A stretch of 64,000 nt of DNA from the NCBI GenBank assembly GCA_030390025.1, contig CM059432.1, positions 137,394,001-137,458,000 of the forward strand, written 5' to 3'. The translations under genes and the position numbers were made by a program. Position 1 is the first letter of the stretch; each line of letters starts with the position of its first letter. Shown here piece after piece: positions 36,998 through 48,101 of this stretch. The stretch comes from Squalus acanthias. Lineage: Eukaryota. The notes below the pieces were generated by a model. It was not told the DNA's origin and did no database searches. It saw only the letters and a program-made list of their open reading frames with translations.

Positions 36998-39900
36998 CTT
37001 CTCCCTCCTTATTGAAGAAGTTAATCATGCAAATAATCATTGTACATGACTAGCATGGTATACACAACTCTTGGTATACATTTCTCAAATGGAACCCATT
37101 TTATGTTTCCAAATTCTACTCTAGAATTCTGTAACGCAAACAAAAGATATGAACTTATTTTCCATATTTACAGATTAAACTTAATCACTGGTTTTCTGTT
37201 TTGAAGAGGAGACCTTCTTTCTTGAACAGAACTTTCAGATCTTGTTGTAGGACTTTGACTTATTCTAGGCTGAATCAGTGGAGAATTTTTCTCCAAGGGC
37301 TGACCTTGATCTACATTTGGTCTCTCTACACTTTCAGACTGTTTGTCTGCCTGACTCGGGCTCAGACTTAAATTCTGACTTTGTCTTGGACTTGTTTCTG
37401 GTACGTCTGATGTAGGATTTGCTACTGGTACTCTACTTGTAACAAGACTATCTGATTCATCAGAATAAATTGAATCATCCCAGCTTTCAACTCCTTCCAC
37501 ATCTGTAGGTAAGATATGATCAATGTGAACAAACCTAACCTTTCCATGATCAAACATGATCAAACATCTTGACCAAATATGTGCAAGGGCCACATATTTT
37601 CACTACTCTTCCTGGTAACCACTTTAACAGTTTATGGTGATGGTTCTTCACTCCAACCTTCTGGTTCAACTTCACACTTCTCTCTCTAACTCATGACTCC
37701 TTCTGCCTTGATTGTTTCTCTTCTACGGACTGTGCCAAGTTTGGCTTTAACAACGAGAACCTGGTTCGTGGCTGTTGTTTGAGAAACAACTCTGCTGGTT
37801 TTCTACCAGTAGTGTTATGAGGAGTATTCCGATAGGTAATCAGAAAATTTGCCAGTTTGTGCTCCAACGACAACTGACGTTCCTTTGGATTTGGAGCCAA
37901 CATTTGCTTGATGAGGGCATATTTGACAAGTTGTACTGTGCGCTCTGCTGCACCATTTGAAGCAGGGTGGTACGGTGGAACTTTGGTATGTTTCACACCA
38001 TTTCTGCTCATGAACTGTGTGAACTCTTCTGAACAAAATTGCGGCCCATTATCAGCCACAATTTCTTCTGGGAGGCCGTATGAAGAAAACAATCTTCACA
38101 AATTGTCTAGTGTTTTGCTTGTTGTTATTATCCGCATTGGAAACGCCTCTACCCACTTCGACTGACTATCAATCACTATGAACAATTGCTGTCCTTCTAG
38201 CTCAGCAAAATCTACATGCAACCTTTGCCACACTCTGGGAGGCTATTTCCGTGGCTGTAATGGTACTAATGGTGGTTTCTTGCTCACCGATTGACATGTT
38301 GTACACTGACTGACTATGTACTCTATCTCTTTATCTAAACCTGGCCACCAAAGGTAACTGCATGCAAAGCTCTTAGTCAAGCACATTCCCAGGTGCTGGT
38401 CATGAAGATCTCCTACCAATTTAGACCTGAACCTATTTGGGATAACCACTCTTGCTCCCCACATGATACAATCTTTATCCACTGACAATTCATTCCTACG
38501 AACAAAGTATGGATGGATATCTTCCTCTGATACCTGGTTTGGCCATCCATTTGCTATGTAATCACACACCTTTGACATAATTGGGTCACATTTGGTTGCC
38601 CTACCAATCTCTTCAGCTGTGACTGGCAGCTCATCAATGTATGAGAAACAGAACACTTCTTCCTTATTGGGTGTAACTTGTGATGGGGATGGCAACCTGG
38701 ACATAGCATCAACATTACTGTGATCAGCTGATCGTCTGTACTCAATGTCATTCGTATATGCTGACAAAATCAAAGCCCATCTCTGCATTCGGGCTGCAGC
38801 TAAGGTTGGAACTGGGGACTTTGGATGGAGGATTGCTGTCAGGGGCTTATGGTCAGTAACTATGGTAAACATACGACCAAACAAGTACTTGTGAAACTTC
38901 TTGACCAAAAAATCAATGACAAAGCTTCCCTTACGATCTGCGCATAATTCCGCTCACTGGCACTGAGAGTGCGTGAAGCAAAAGCAATTGGTCTCTCCTC
39001 CCCACTATCTAGTACATGAGAGATCACTGCCCCAACTCCGTATGGAGAGGCGTCACACATTAGCTTGATCTCCTTAGATACATCATAGTGAACTAACATG
39101 GTACTCTCTACTAACTGGCTTTTACACTCTTTGAATGCTGTGTCGCATTCTTTTGACCACTTCCAAGGGACCTGTTTTCTCAACAGCTCATTCAGTGGAT
39201 GTAACAATGTAGCCAAGTTTGGGAGGAACTTTCCGTAATAATTCAAAAGATCCAAAAATGATCGAAGTTCAGAGACATTCTTGGGCGTGGGTGCATTTCT
39301 GATTGCATCCAGCTTCCCCTTGGTTGGATGTAAACCATCTTTGTCTACTCTGTGCCCTAAGTACTCCACTGAGTTTTGAAACAACTCACACTTGTGAGCT
39401 GTCACTCATACTCTGTGCTTCTCTAGCCGTTTGAGCATTTCATTCAACACCTCATCATGGATTTGCTTGTTTGGTGCTGAAATGAGTATGTCATCGAAAT
39501 AACACACTACCCCTTCAATACCTAGCACAATTTGACTCCTCACCCCCTGGAATATGTCGGGGGCAGAAGACACTCCAACTGATAGCCTATTGAACTGATA
39601 TAGGCCTCGGTGAGTATTTATAGTCAAGCATGACTTGGACTCTTCATCTAACTCCAGTTGTAGGTAGGTGTTTGTTAGATCTAACTTCGAAAAGATCTGG
39701 CCACCTGTCAGCGTTGTGAACAAATCTTCCACATTTGGCAATGTATTGGGTAGATTACACTCTAGAACTTGCTTTACGGTTACCTTATAATCACCACACA
39801 ACCTTACCTTACCATCTGACTTAGGTACAACAACAATGGGTGTAGCCCAATTACTCCGATCTACCTCAGAGATAATGTTCTCAGTTTCTAGTCTTTTGAG

Positions 39901-41466
39901 TTCTTGCTCAACTTTCTCCTTGAGTGTGTATGGTACGGGACGTGGCTTGCAGTAAACTGGTCTTTCGTCCTTCTGCACTCTGACACTCACCTTGAAGTCT
40001 TGGATCGGACTGCCCGTTTCACTGAACACCTTCGGATACTGCTTTATGACATCATCTTTCGATGTAAATTTCGCTTCCACATGAAAAATCTCATTCCAAT
40101 CCAGCTTTAGTGATCCCAACCAATTTCTACCTATCAAGGAAGGCTTGTCTCCTGCCACTACTATGCAAGGCAAGCTCTGACACTGATCCTTGTATTTCAC
40201 TGGTATGGTGACACTTCCTACTACAGGGATTTGCTCTCCTGAGTAGCCTCGCAGCTCTACCTTCGATTTCTCTAGTCGATAATCACGCAACTTTCGCGAT
40301 ATAGCGATTCTGGTACTATGCTCACGGATGCATCAGTGTCGATTTCCATGGATATCCTGGTTCCTGCGACATCTACTTGGATGACGATACCTCACGAATC
40401 GCTGTTAGATACCTTCGTGCTCCTGATGACGTGAATCTCCAGAAACTCCTCGTCCTGCTGCTTCTCTTCAACGGTATGTAGTGTCTGGCGATTTCTACTT
40501 CTAGCATTGCCAGTCAATTTACTCTTCTGTTGGCACGCCTTTGCAAGATGCCCAGTTTTCTTGCAGTAGAAACACTCTGCCTTCACATACCGACAGCTTT
40601 GAGCGATGAGTTGTCCCAGGCACCGATAGCACGACTTCAATGCACTGTTACTTGCCAGTTGCTGAGGCCTTGGGGCCCAACTGCCTTTTACTTTTAGCCT
40701 GCAGCCGATTCACCTCGGTTGTCTGACGATTGGCAATGGCGCGGAACTCTCGGGAGTATCGTCGACCATATCTTTCGACATAGCTGCCTGACAAGCTAAG
40801 TCAAAAGTCAAGTTAGGGGTTGTCAACAATTTACTTCTGATACATTCATTTTTCAACCCACAAACAAAGCGGTCACGCAAAGCTCAGTCCTGAAAGTTTC
40901 CGAAATGACAGTGAATGGGTAGCTTTTTTAAAGCTACAATGTACTCACAGATACCCTCGTCATTTAATTGATCACGTGTTCCAAAACAATAACTTTCAGC
41001 AATTTCAGGGGCTCAGGACTGTGGTGCTGTTGTAACTTGGTTAGGTTCTCCTTCAGTAGCATGTCCTTCGGCTTGGCGGGAACAAACACATTTTTCAGGG
41101 TTTCATACACCTCGGGGCCTGCTTCAGTCAAACAAAGAGCCCGCTTCATTTCTAAAACTGCCCGGTTATGGTTTACATCATCGGAGACTTTGACAATACT
41201 ATTCGCGGTGAAAAACATTTCTAGCCGCTCCGAAAGTCTCTTGGTCACGATGGAACTCACCCAAGCGCCCTATTATTCTCATAAGGGCGGCTATCTGGAC
41301 TCTGGCAACGTCAATATTCAGCTGTGTGTGCTCGAAATTTACCTCGGATTTTTAAGTTTTTCTGCAAAACGAAGAACCTCTAACAGTCCCTCCGTCGGTT
41401 GGCAGGATTATCCTCCAACAAAAATGTCAGCTAGGGAATGCGCAATCGCATCCTCATTGCCAATTC

Positions 41467-41586
41467 TGTGATATCTTGAGACACAGCATATATATACAAC
41501 AGCACAACATGGCTTCCGGTCAGAACTGTACTGCTCATGGCTTTATTATTATGTACATCAGTAGTCCACCAGGTGGCTCCATTACA
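41467..41586 (-). repeat. 5' LTR of the Gypsy element (120 bp)
   Basis: Direct repeat of 36878-36997 with 11 substitutions in 120 bp; adjacent to the PBS. Confidence 0.93.
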
Positions 41587-42527
41587 AATAGCATAGATGC
41601 ATTTAAGGGGAAGCTAGATAAGCACATGAGGGAGAAAGGAATATGTGTTGAAGATGGGGTTAGATGAAAAGGGATGGAAGGAGGCTCGTGTGGAGCATAA
41701 ATGCCGGCACAGACCAGTTGGGCCGAATGGCCTGTTTCTGTGCTGTAGGCTTGATGTAATTCTACATTTCTCTCGGTCCTTGCAGGAGTGGGGACGTTCT
41801 GATAACCAGTACAGTTAATTTGAAACAGCCTTATTTAGAAGGGTTAAAAGATCATTCTTAATATAGGGTCTTGACCATTTAAGCTGTGACAACAATTGTT
41901 CGCTGTGGTGCTGAATGCAAGATACAATATAAATGAGATAAAAATACCTTGATCTTGGGAATATTGGAGAATACAGCCCTGCTGTGGCCTTTCTCTTTGA
42001 GTGTTTGTTTAAAAAGGTCCCTCGTGTTTGTGAACTGATTTATAAATACTAAAAAAAACGACTAATCTTGTGATGAAACATGCCATTTCTGAGAGTCGTA
42101 TGCTGAAATGTGGCATTTTGCCATTGATGCTCAGCTTCCAGTAGCCTCTCCTCTGTTTTTCTGCTAAATGCTATCGGTGGCTCACATGGGAAATAGCCAT
42201 TGTATGGCACAATTTGCAAGTTTTTCCCTCTTCAAATACGATTTTCAATTTTTATTTAATGAAATAAAGATGAGATAGAATTTTCCTACATTACAGCAGT
42301 GACTACACTTCAGAAGTACTTCATTGGCCGTGAAGCGCTTTGGGACGTCCTGGGGTTGTGAAAGGCACTATATAAATGCAAGTTCTTTCTTTCGTTAAAC
42401 GGGGCGAAATGTTTTGGGTGAATACTTGAGAAGAAGGCAATGTAGAGCCTAGCTTTAGAACGTTAGTTTAACCGGTGGGAGAGAGGAGGAAGAGAGAGAA
42501 CAACACAACAACAACTTGCATTTATAT

Positions 42528-43031
42528 CTTCTTAGGCAGTCCCTCGGAACCGAGGATGACTTGCTTCCACACTAAAAATGAGTTCTCAGGTGACTGATGA
42601 GTCCAATGCAGGACCTACAGTCTCTGTCACAGGTGGGGCAGACGCTGGTTGAAGGGGCGGGTGGGTGGGGTGCTTGGGTTGACGTGCGCTCCTTGCGCTG
42701 TTTGCGCTTGGCTTCCGCTTGCTCCCGGCGAAGAGACCCGAGGTGTTCAGCGCCTTCCCAGATGCTTCTCCTCCACTTTGTGCGGTCCTGGGCCAGGGAT
42801 TCCCAGGTGTCGGTGAGGATGTTGCACTTTTTCCAAGGAGGCTTTGAGGGTGTCCTCGAAGCGTTTCCTCTGCCCACCTGGGGCTCTCTTGCCGTGTCGG
42901 AGCTCCGAGTAGAGCGCTTGTTTTGGGAGTCTCGTATCGGGCGTGCGGACGGTGTGGCCCGTCCATCGGAGCTGATCGAGCGTGGTCAAAGCTTCGATGC
43001 TGGGGATGTTGGCCTGAGCGAGAACACGGAA
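42528..43031 (-). mobile_element. RTE LINE 3' fragment inserted into an L2-type tail
   Basis: Same family as 9555-10097; 9-bp TSD CATTTATAT at 42519-42527 and 43032-43040. Confidence 0.9.
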
Positions 43032-43452
43032 CATTTATATAGCGCCTTTAACATAGTAAATCGTCCCAAGGCACTTCACAGGAGCGTAATCAGACAGAGA
43101 TTGACACTGAACCGAAGAAGGAGACATTGGGACAGGTAACCAAAAGCTTGGTCAAAGAGGTAGGATTTAACGAGCCACGTAAAGGAGGAGAGAGAGGCGG
43201 AGAGGTTCAGGTAGGGAATTCCAGAGCTTAGGGTCAAATTTTTATCTGATAACGGTCCTGTGAAACGCCTTGTGATGTTTTACTCAATTAAAGGCGCTAT
43301 ATAAGGCAAGTTGTTGTTGTTGTTGTGGACAGCTGAATGCACGGCTGCCAGTGGCGGGATGAAGGGGATGCACAAGAGAAAGAATGAAAAGAAACACTGA
43401 TTGATGACAAGTAGCAAAGAAACGTTCCTTGTTCTCTTTTTGTTCCCCCTAG

Positions 43453-43770
43453 ACTGCCCAGACGGTGTTGGTGGTGATTGTAGTCTTCTGCATTTCCTGG
43501 CTGCCGAATCACGTGATCAACATGTGGACTGAGTTTGGGAACTTCCCGCTCACCAATGCCTCCTTTATATTCCGGATTGCCGCGCACTGCCTGGCTTACA
43601 GTAACTCATCCGTCAATCCCATCATTTACGCTTTCCTATCGGAAAATTTCAGGAAGTCCTATCAGCAAGTCTTCAAATGTAAAATCTGCAGCACCTCCCC
43701 CTTAAACGACGGCAAGGAATATCGAACGCGAACAGACATTGTGCCGTCCACTAGCTGCACCAACGTGTGA
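43453..43770 (+). CDS. GALR1: GALR1 coding exon 3 (TM6, TM7, C-tail, stop)
   Basis: Polypyrimidine tract then CCCCCTAG|ACT. Encodes TAQTVLVVIVVFCISWLP...AHCLAYSNSSVNPIIYAFLSENFRK...STSCTNV*, with the NPxxY motif. TGA at 43768-43770. Spliced CDS is 654+66+318=1038 nt (345 aa). Confidence 0.96.
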   Translation, partial: TAQTVLVVIVVFCISWLPNHVINMWTEFGNFPLTNASFIFRIAAHCLAYSNSSVNPIIYAFLSENFRKSYQQVFKCKICSTSPLNDGKEYRTRTDIVPSTSCTNV

Positions 43771-46700
43771 GCGGGAAAACTGGGTGAGGCGCAGCGAGTG
43801 AGATGGTAATCTTGTAATATTCACCACAAACCCATTTTATGTTATCGCGAACAGGCTATTAACTTACTAGAGCCAAAGGCAGAAGAGTTTGCTGGGTAGC
43901 GGTGTTAGGTATTTAGGAGCAAGCATAATGGGCTGAAGCTGCGACAGTGTACAGGAAGTGGACATTAGGGGACAGCATGGGACTATGATTCAGACCAGCT
44001 GCCGCCCTGGGCTGTCAAAGGATACCTCCAGGAAGAGAAGCGTGTACTCGTTTATTGGGGCTGTCAGCAGAATACTGAGGTTCACTAAACAACCTGCTGT
44101 GAAGAGGACATGGGTCAGCATTTGGCATTGCATAGAATTTCCAAGGCAAAGGAAAGGACACAGTGTAGTATTTAGCACAGAAACCACAACATTTTCAATA
44201 TTTATTCTCGTGTATATCCTTAGACTGAAATGTTAACTTACGATTGCCTGAATAGCTGTGCTGTGTGTGAAGAGAAAAGTTTTCAGTATTGCCGGCCAAT
44301 TGATTCCAAGCTCTTGCATCTTAGTAAGTGATGCGTGTTGATGTCTCAAAACGGAGACTGACCACAGCCGAATCAGGTGGAAATATTCCAATTGTTTTTC
44401 CTTCACCCTTTTTATTTGTTTCCGTTTCTTATTTTTTCCCCCTTTTTCTTCCCTCCTTTCTGACCCGTGCACTTCTCCAATGGCTTTCTGGGCAAATCCA
44501 AGACGTGCAGATCAGAAAGATCCCAGATTCAGTCCCGGCCCTGCGACGATTTCGCCGATCCCATGCCTCAGCGGATATCACTCTTAAGCTTGATGATGAG
44601 AGATGCAGGAGAACGGCCTACAGGGGCAGGCTCGGGCAACGTTTCCTCGTTTCTACTCAGTGACCGGACAACTGAACTCAGAACTTGGTACAAGTTGTGG
44701 GCACGAATGTACATTGCTGGCCTGCAGATTTTTTGGGGAGCAAGAAAAAAATTGGTGCGTAGAGAGAACAGAGGAGAAAGGAAAGAGGGTGAGCAGAAAG
44801 AGAGATCTTGCATTTCTATAGCGCCTTTCACGAAACTCAGGACGTCCCATGGCGCTTCACAGCCAATAAAGCATTTTTTGAAGTGTAGTCGCCGTTGTAA
44901 TGTGGGAAACACTGCAGCCAATTTGCGCACAGCAAGCTCCCACAAACAGCAATGTGATAATGACCAGATCATCTGTCTTTTTAGTGATGTTGGTTGAGGA
45001 ATAAATACTGGCCAGGACACCGGGGAGAACTCTCCAGCTCTTCTCCCAAATTGTGCCGTGGGATCTTTTATGTCCACCTCAAAGAGCAGACGAGGCCTCT
45101 GTTAAAAAATAATTATGCAGTTCGAACTCTATATATTACTATATAAATATGAATACGCAATTTTTGTTAGTGTTACATTGACCAAGCTGAAAACTTAAAA
45201 TTATGTAGAGAGACTGGGATTTTTATGGAGTCAAAAAGCCTCAGTCTGTAAAGAAAAACAACAAAAACGACTTGCATTAATATAGCACCTTTAACATAGT
45301 AAAACGACTCAAGCCAATTTACAGACACCGAGCCACATGAGGAGATATAAGGAAATGTGACCAAAAGCTTGGTCAAAGAAGTAGGTGTTAAGGAGCATCT
45401 TAATAGAGGAGAGAGAGGTGGAGAGGAGGAGAGGTTTAGGGTGGGAATTCCAGAGTTTAGGGCCTAGGCAGCTGACGAAACGGCCGCCAATGGTGGAGCG
45501 ATGAAAATAGGGGATGCGCAAGAGGCCGAATTGGAGGAGCGCAGAGATCTCGGAGGGTTGTAGGGCTGGACGAGGTTACAGAGATAGGGAGGGGCGAGGC
45601 CATGGAGCTCAATCACATTTCCAGCAGTCAGCATCTACAAAGAGAAAACACAGGTTATGATGTTGCGGGCTTGTATCCTTTATGAGTTGTAATGAAGGGG
45701 AGGTTACATGCCTGAATGTTAATAACCTGGTCTTCTTTTCTTTATAGGTGCTGTTTGACCTGCTGTGTTTTGACAACATTTTCTGGTTTTATCCAAGTAT
45801 TTGCGTTTTTTATTTTTATTTTACTAGTCAGGGATTACTAGTTCCCGAAAGATTGTTATACTGATAATTGACGTGGAACTGTTTCTCCGAACTAAAATCA
45901 AACATTGATTGCAGGTGTTAGAAAATGTATCTGGCTTTCATTACAAATTAAAAGTGAGGTGCTCAAGACAAATGGAGCTCAAGATAGCCTTGGTCCAGAA
46001 GAGTATTTTGGCTGCTAATAGGTCCCGTCTGCTCTCTCTGGTGGACATAAAAGATCCCCTGGCATTATTTCGAAGAAGAGCAGGGGAGTTCTCCCCGGTG
46101 TCCTGGCCAATATTTATCCCTCAACCAACATCACTAAAAAACGGATTATCTGGTCATTATCACATTGCTGTTTGCGGGACCTTGCTGTGCGCAAATTGGC
46201 TGCCACTTTTCCTACATTACAACATTGACTACACTTCAATTGGCTGTGAAGCGCTTTGGGACATCCTGAGGTCATGAAAGGTGCTATATAAATGCAAGTT
46301 CTTTCTTTCAGGCAGCGAATCACACTACATTCAGTACGTGAAGAAATTTATAGGATTTGTTGTAGAAATGTTCCGCATGCTCCATACTGATTAGATGCAC
46401 TGCCCTTGAGAACCAAGGTTTCAATCCAGCCTGAGTTGATGGAAGGAAAACAATTTTCCTTTAATAATAATTATTATGAGTTCTAAGGAGCATGAACTTT
46501 CTTACTCAATCCTCAAGTGGAGAAAACGGTTCATATTTCCAAAACTTAAAATTGGGTCATCTCAGTAAGAAAGTCAATGACGGCATAAGGTACATTGAAT
46601 TGCTGTGCACAATGGGTGCTCTGCTAAGGTTGGAGTCTTGTAGTCTTGTGTAGCAAGGAACTGGATAATTGCAGTTTATTGAGGATCAGTGCAATGCTTT

Positions 46701-46851
46701 CCATGGTTGCTAAGTGATAGTAACAGAACATTGTGTGCTCAAAATCTGTGCAAGGCCATGAGCACATAGAAGGTATAGAATAAATGATACCCTAGTTCTA
46801 AGCACTGCCATGAGACTGCCTGTTCAACCTCTGCCCATGCCATCGCTGGCA

Positions 46852-46939
46852 CGGGGTGGGGGGGGGGGGGGGGGTGGGGGGGTGGGTGGGGGGGGGGGGG
46901 GGTGGGTGGGGTGGGGCGGGGGAAGAGGGGGAGTGGGGG
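46852..46939 (+). repeat. Poly-G / G-rich tract (potential G-quadruplex)
   Basis: ~88 bp of almost pure G runs. Confidence 0.85.
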
Positions 46940-47283
46940 AAACACCACCACCAGGGACCTGGCTAAGAATTAGCATGAACGGTGCAGAAGGATGGAAAAT
47001 ATCTGCTGCTGTATCATTCTGGGGCCTGCAACAATTTAAAGGTGGCCACTGTCACTTGGGTAGAAGGAAAAGTAGGGCCTCTTAAGCATACTGGCAGGTC
47101 TGCTGGTGGGGGAATGCACACTGATCGCACTCACTGGGACAGCCATCTGATTTGTAAATCCGCTCCCGAGTGATACTGGATGCCAGTAAGACGGTGGCGT
47201 GATGAGCACAACACGTCACTACGGTGGTAATAATGGAACACGTTACGCATTTTTAAATGTCAGGTGCCTTTTTCAGAGTCCAC

Positions 47284-48101
47284 GGGGGTGATTTTGCCAA
47301 TGGGGGCGCGTTGGAGGCGTGACTGCTGCTTGGTGGGTCGATGTCCCGCCTCCATCGATTTGTGGCCAACCCACGCTATTTTCCCTTGATTGACCTTGTT
47401 AAGCCCACCCAGCGGGCTTAGCAGGCCAATTAAGGGAAAGCCGGTTACAGAGAACGTCAACGTATGACGTTTCATCTGTCAAAAAATTTTGACAGATAAA
47501 TTGTCATCGTTTGAGAGCTCTGTGAAGCTGTCAAACACTGACATTCTCTGTAGTTTGATGAGTTCTTGAATTCAAGACCTCATCAAACCTCTTTCTTTTG
47601 CAGAACTTAGATGGTTGTTGCATTGGAGAATGCAACGGCCATCTGTCATCTCTGCCGCGGAGGTGCGAGACTCACCGCATACCCACCGATTGAAGCCTGC
47701 AGGAAGAAACAAAGGTAAGTAAACTTTTTCTAACACTTTCCACTTACCTCAGATACTCACCTCTCCACACTTGCACCCATCACTTACCTTCACAGCGCAC
47801 TTTTGGACCCCTCCGACCCCCGCAGACCCACTACTCGCCTCGGTGACCCTGGCAGGGTTCGGAGCCTTTGGGAAGCCCGCACTTGTGTGGGTAAAATGGG
47901 GATAATCCTCTTATCTGCCTGTTAACTACCTGTTAACAGGCAGATAAGTGGCACTAATCCTCTTCCCGCCTCCAAGGAGACGGGACCCGGCGCAGGACGG
48001 CTACCCGCCTCCTGGCAAGATGGCACGGAGGCGGGTTCTGCCATTTTCCCGGCAGTCCCGCCTCCATACCCGCCTCCCCAGAGCTGGCAAGATCAGGCCC
48101 C
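47284..48101. mobile_element. Non-autonomous Harbinger-like element
   Basis: Ends GGGGGTGATTTTGCCA / TGGCAAGATCAGGCCCC; CCCGCC-rich subterminal repeats. Confidence 0.6.

Larger units (their letters stand above)
36878..41586 (-). mobile_element. Full-length decayed Gypsy/Ty3 LTR retrotransposon (Mag/K02A2.6-like) in GALR1 intron 2
   Basis: 120-bp TG...CA LTRs at 36878-36997 and 41467-41586; AATAG TSD at 36873-36877 and 41587-41591; PPT at 36998-37010; PBS at 41444-41462. Minus-strand ORF pieces give gag zinc knuckles (CYRC.../CFYCKKTGHLAKAC), RT (WATPIVVVPKSDGKVRLCGDYK, YFDD), RNase H (CDASPYGVGAV, TDHKPL) and integrase (DNGPQF, PYHPASNGAAER), in Gypsy order. Several frameshifts and stops. 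Confidence 0.95.

Noticed and set aside
46739..47085. Pro-rich and Gly-rich ORFs
   Set aside because: Artefacts of translating the poly-G tract.
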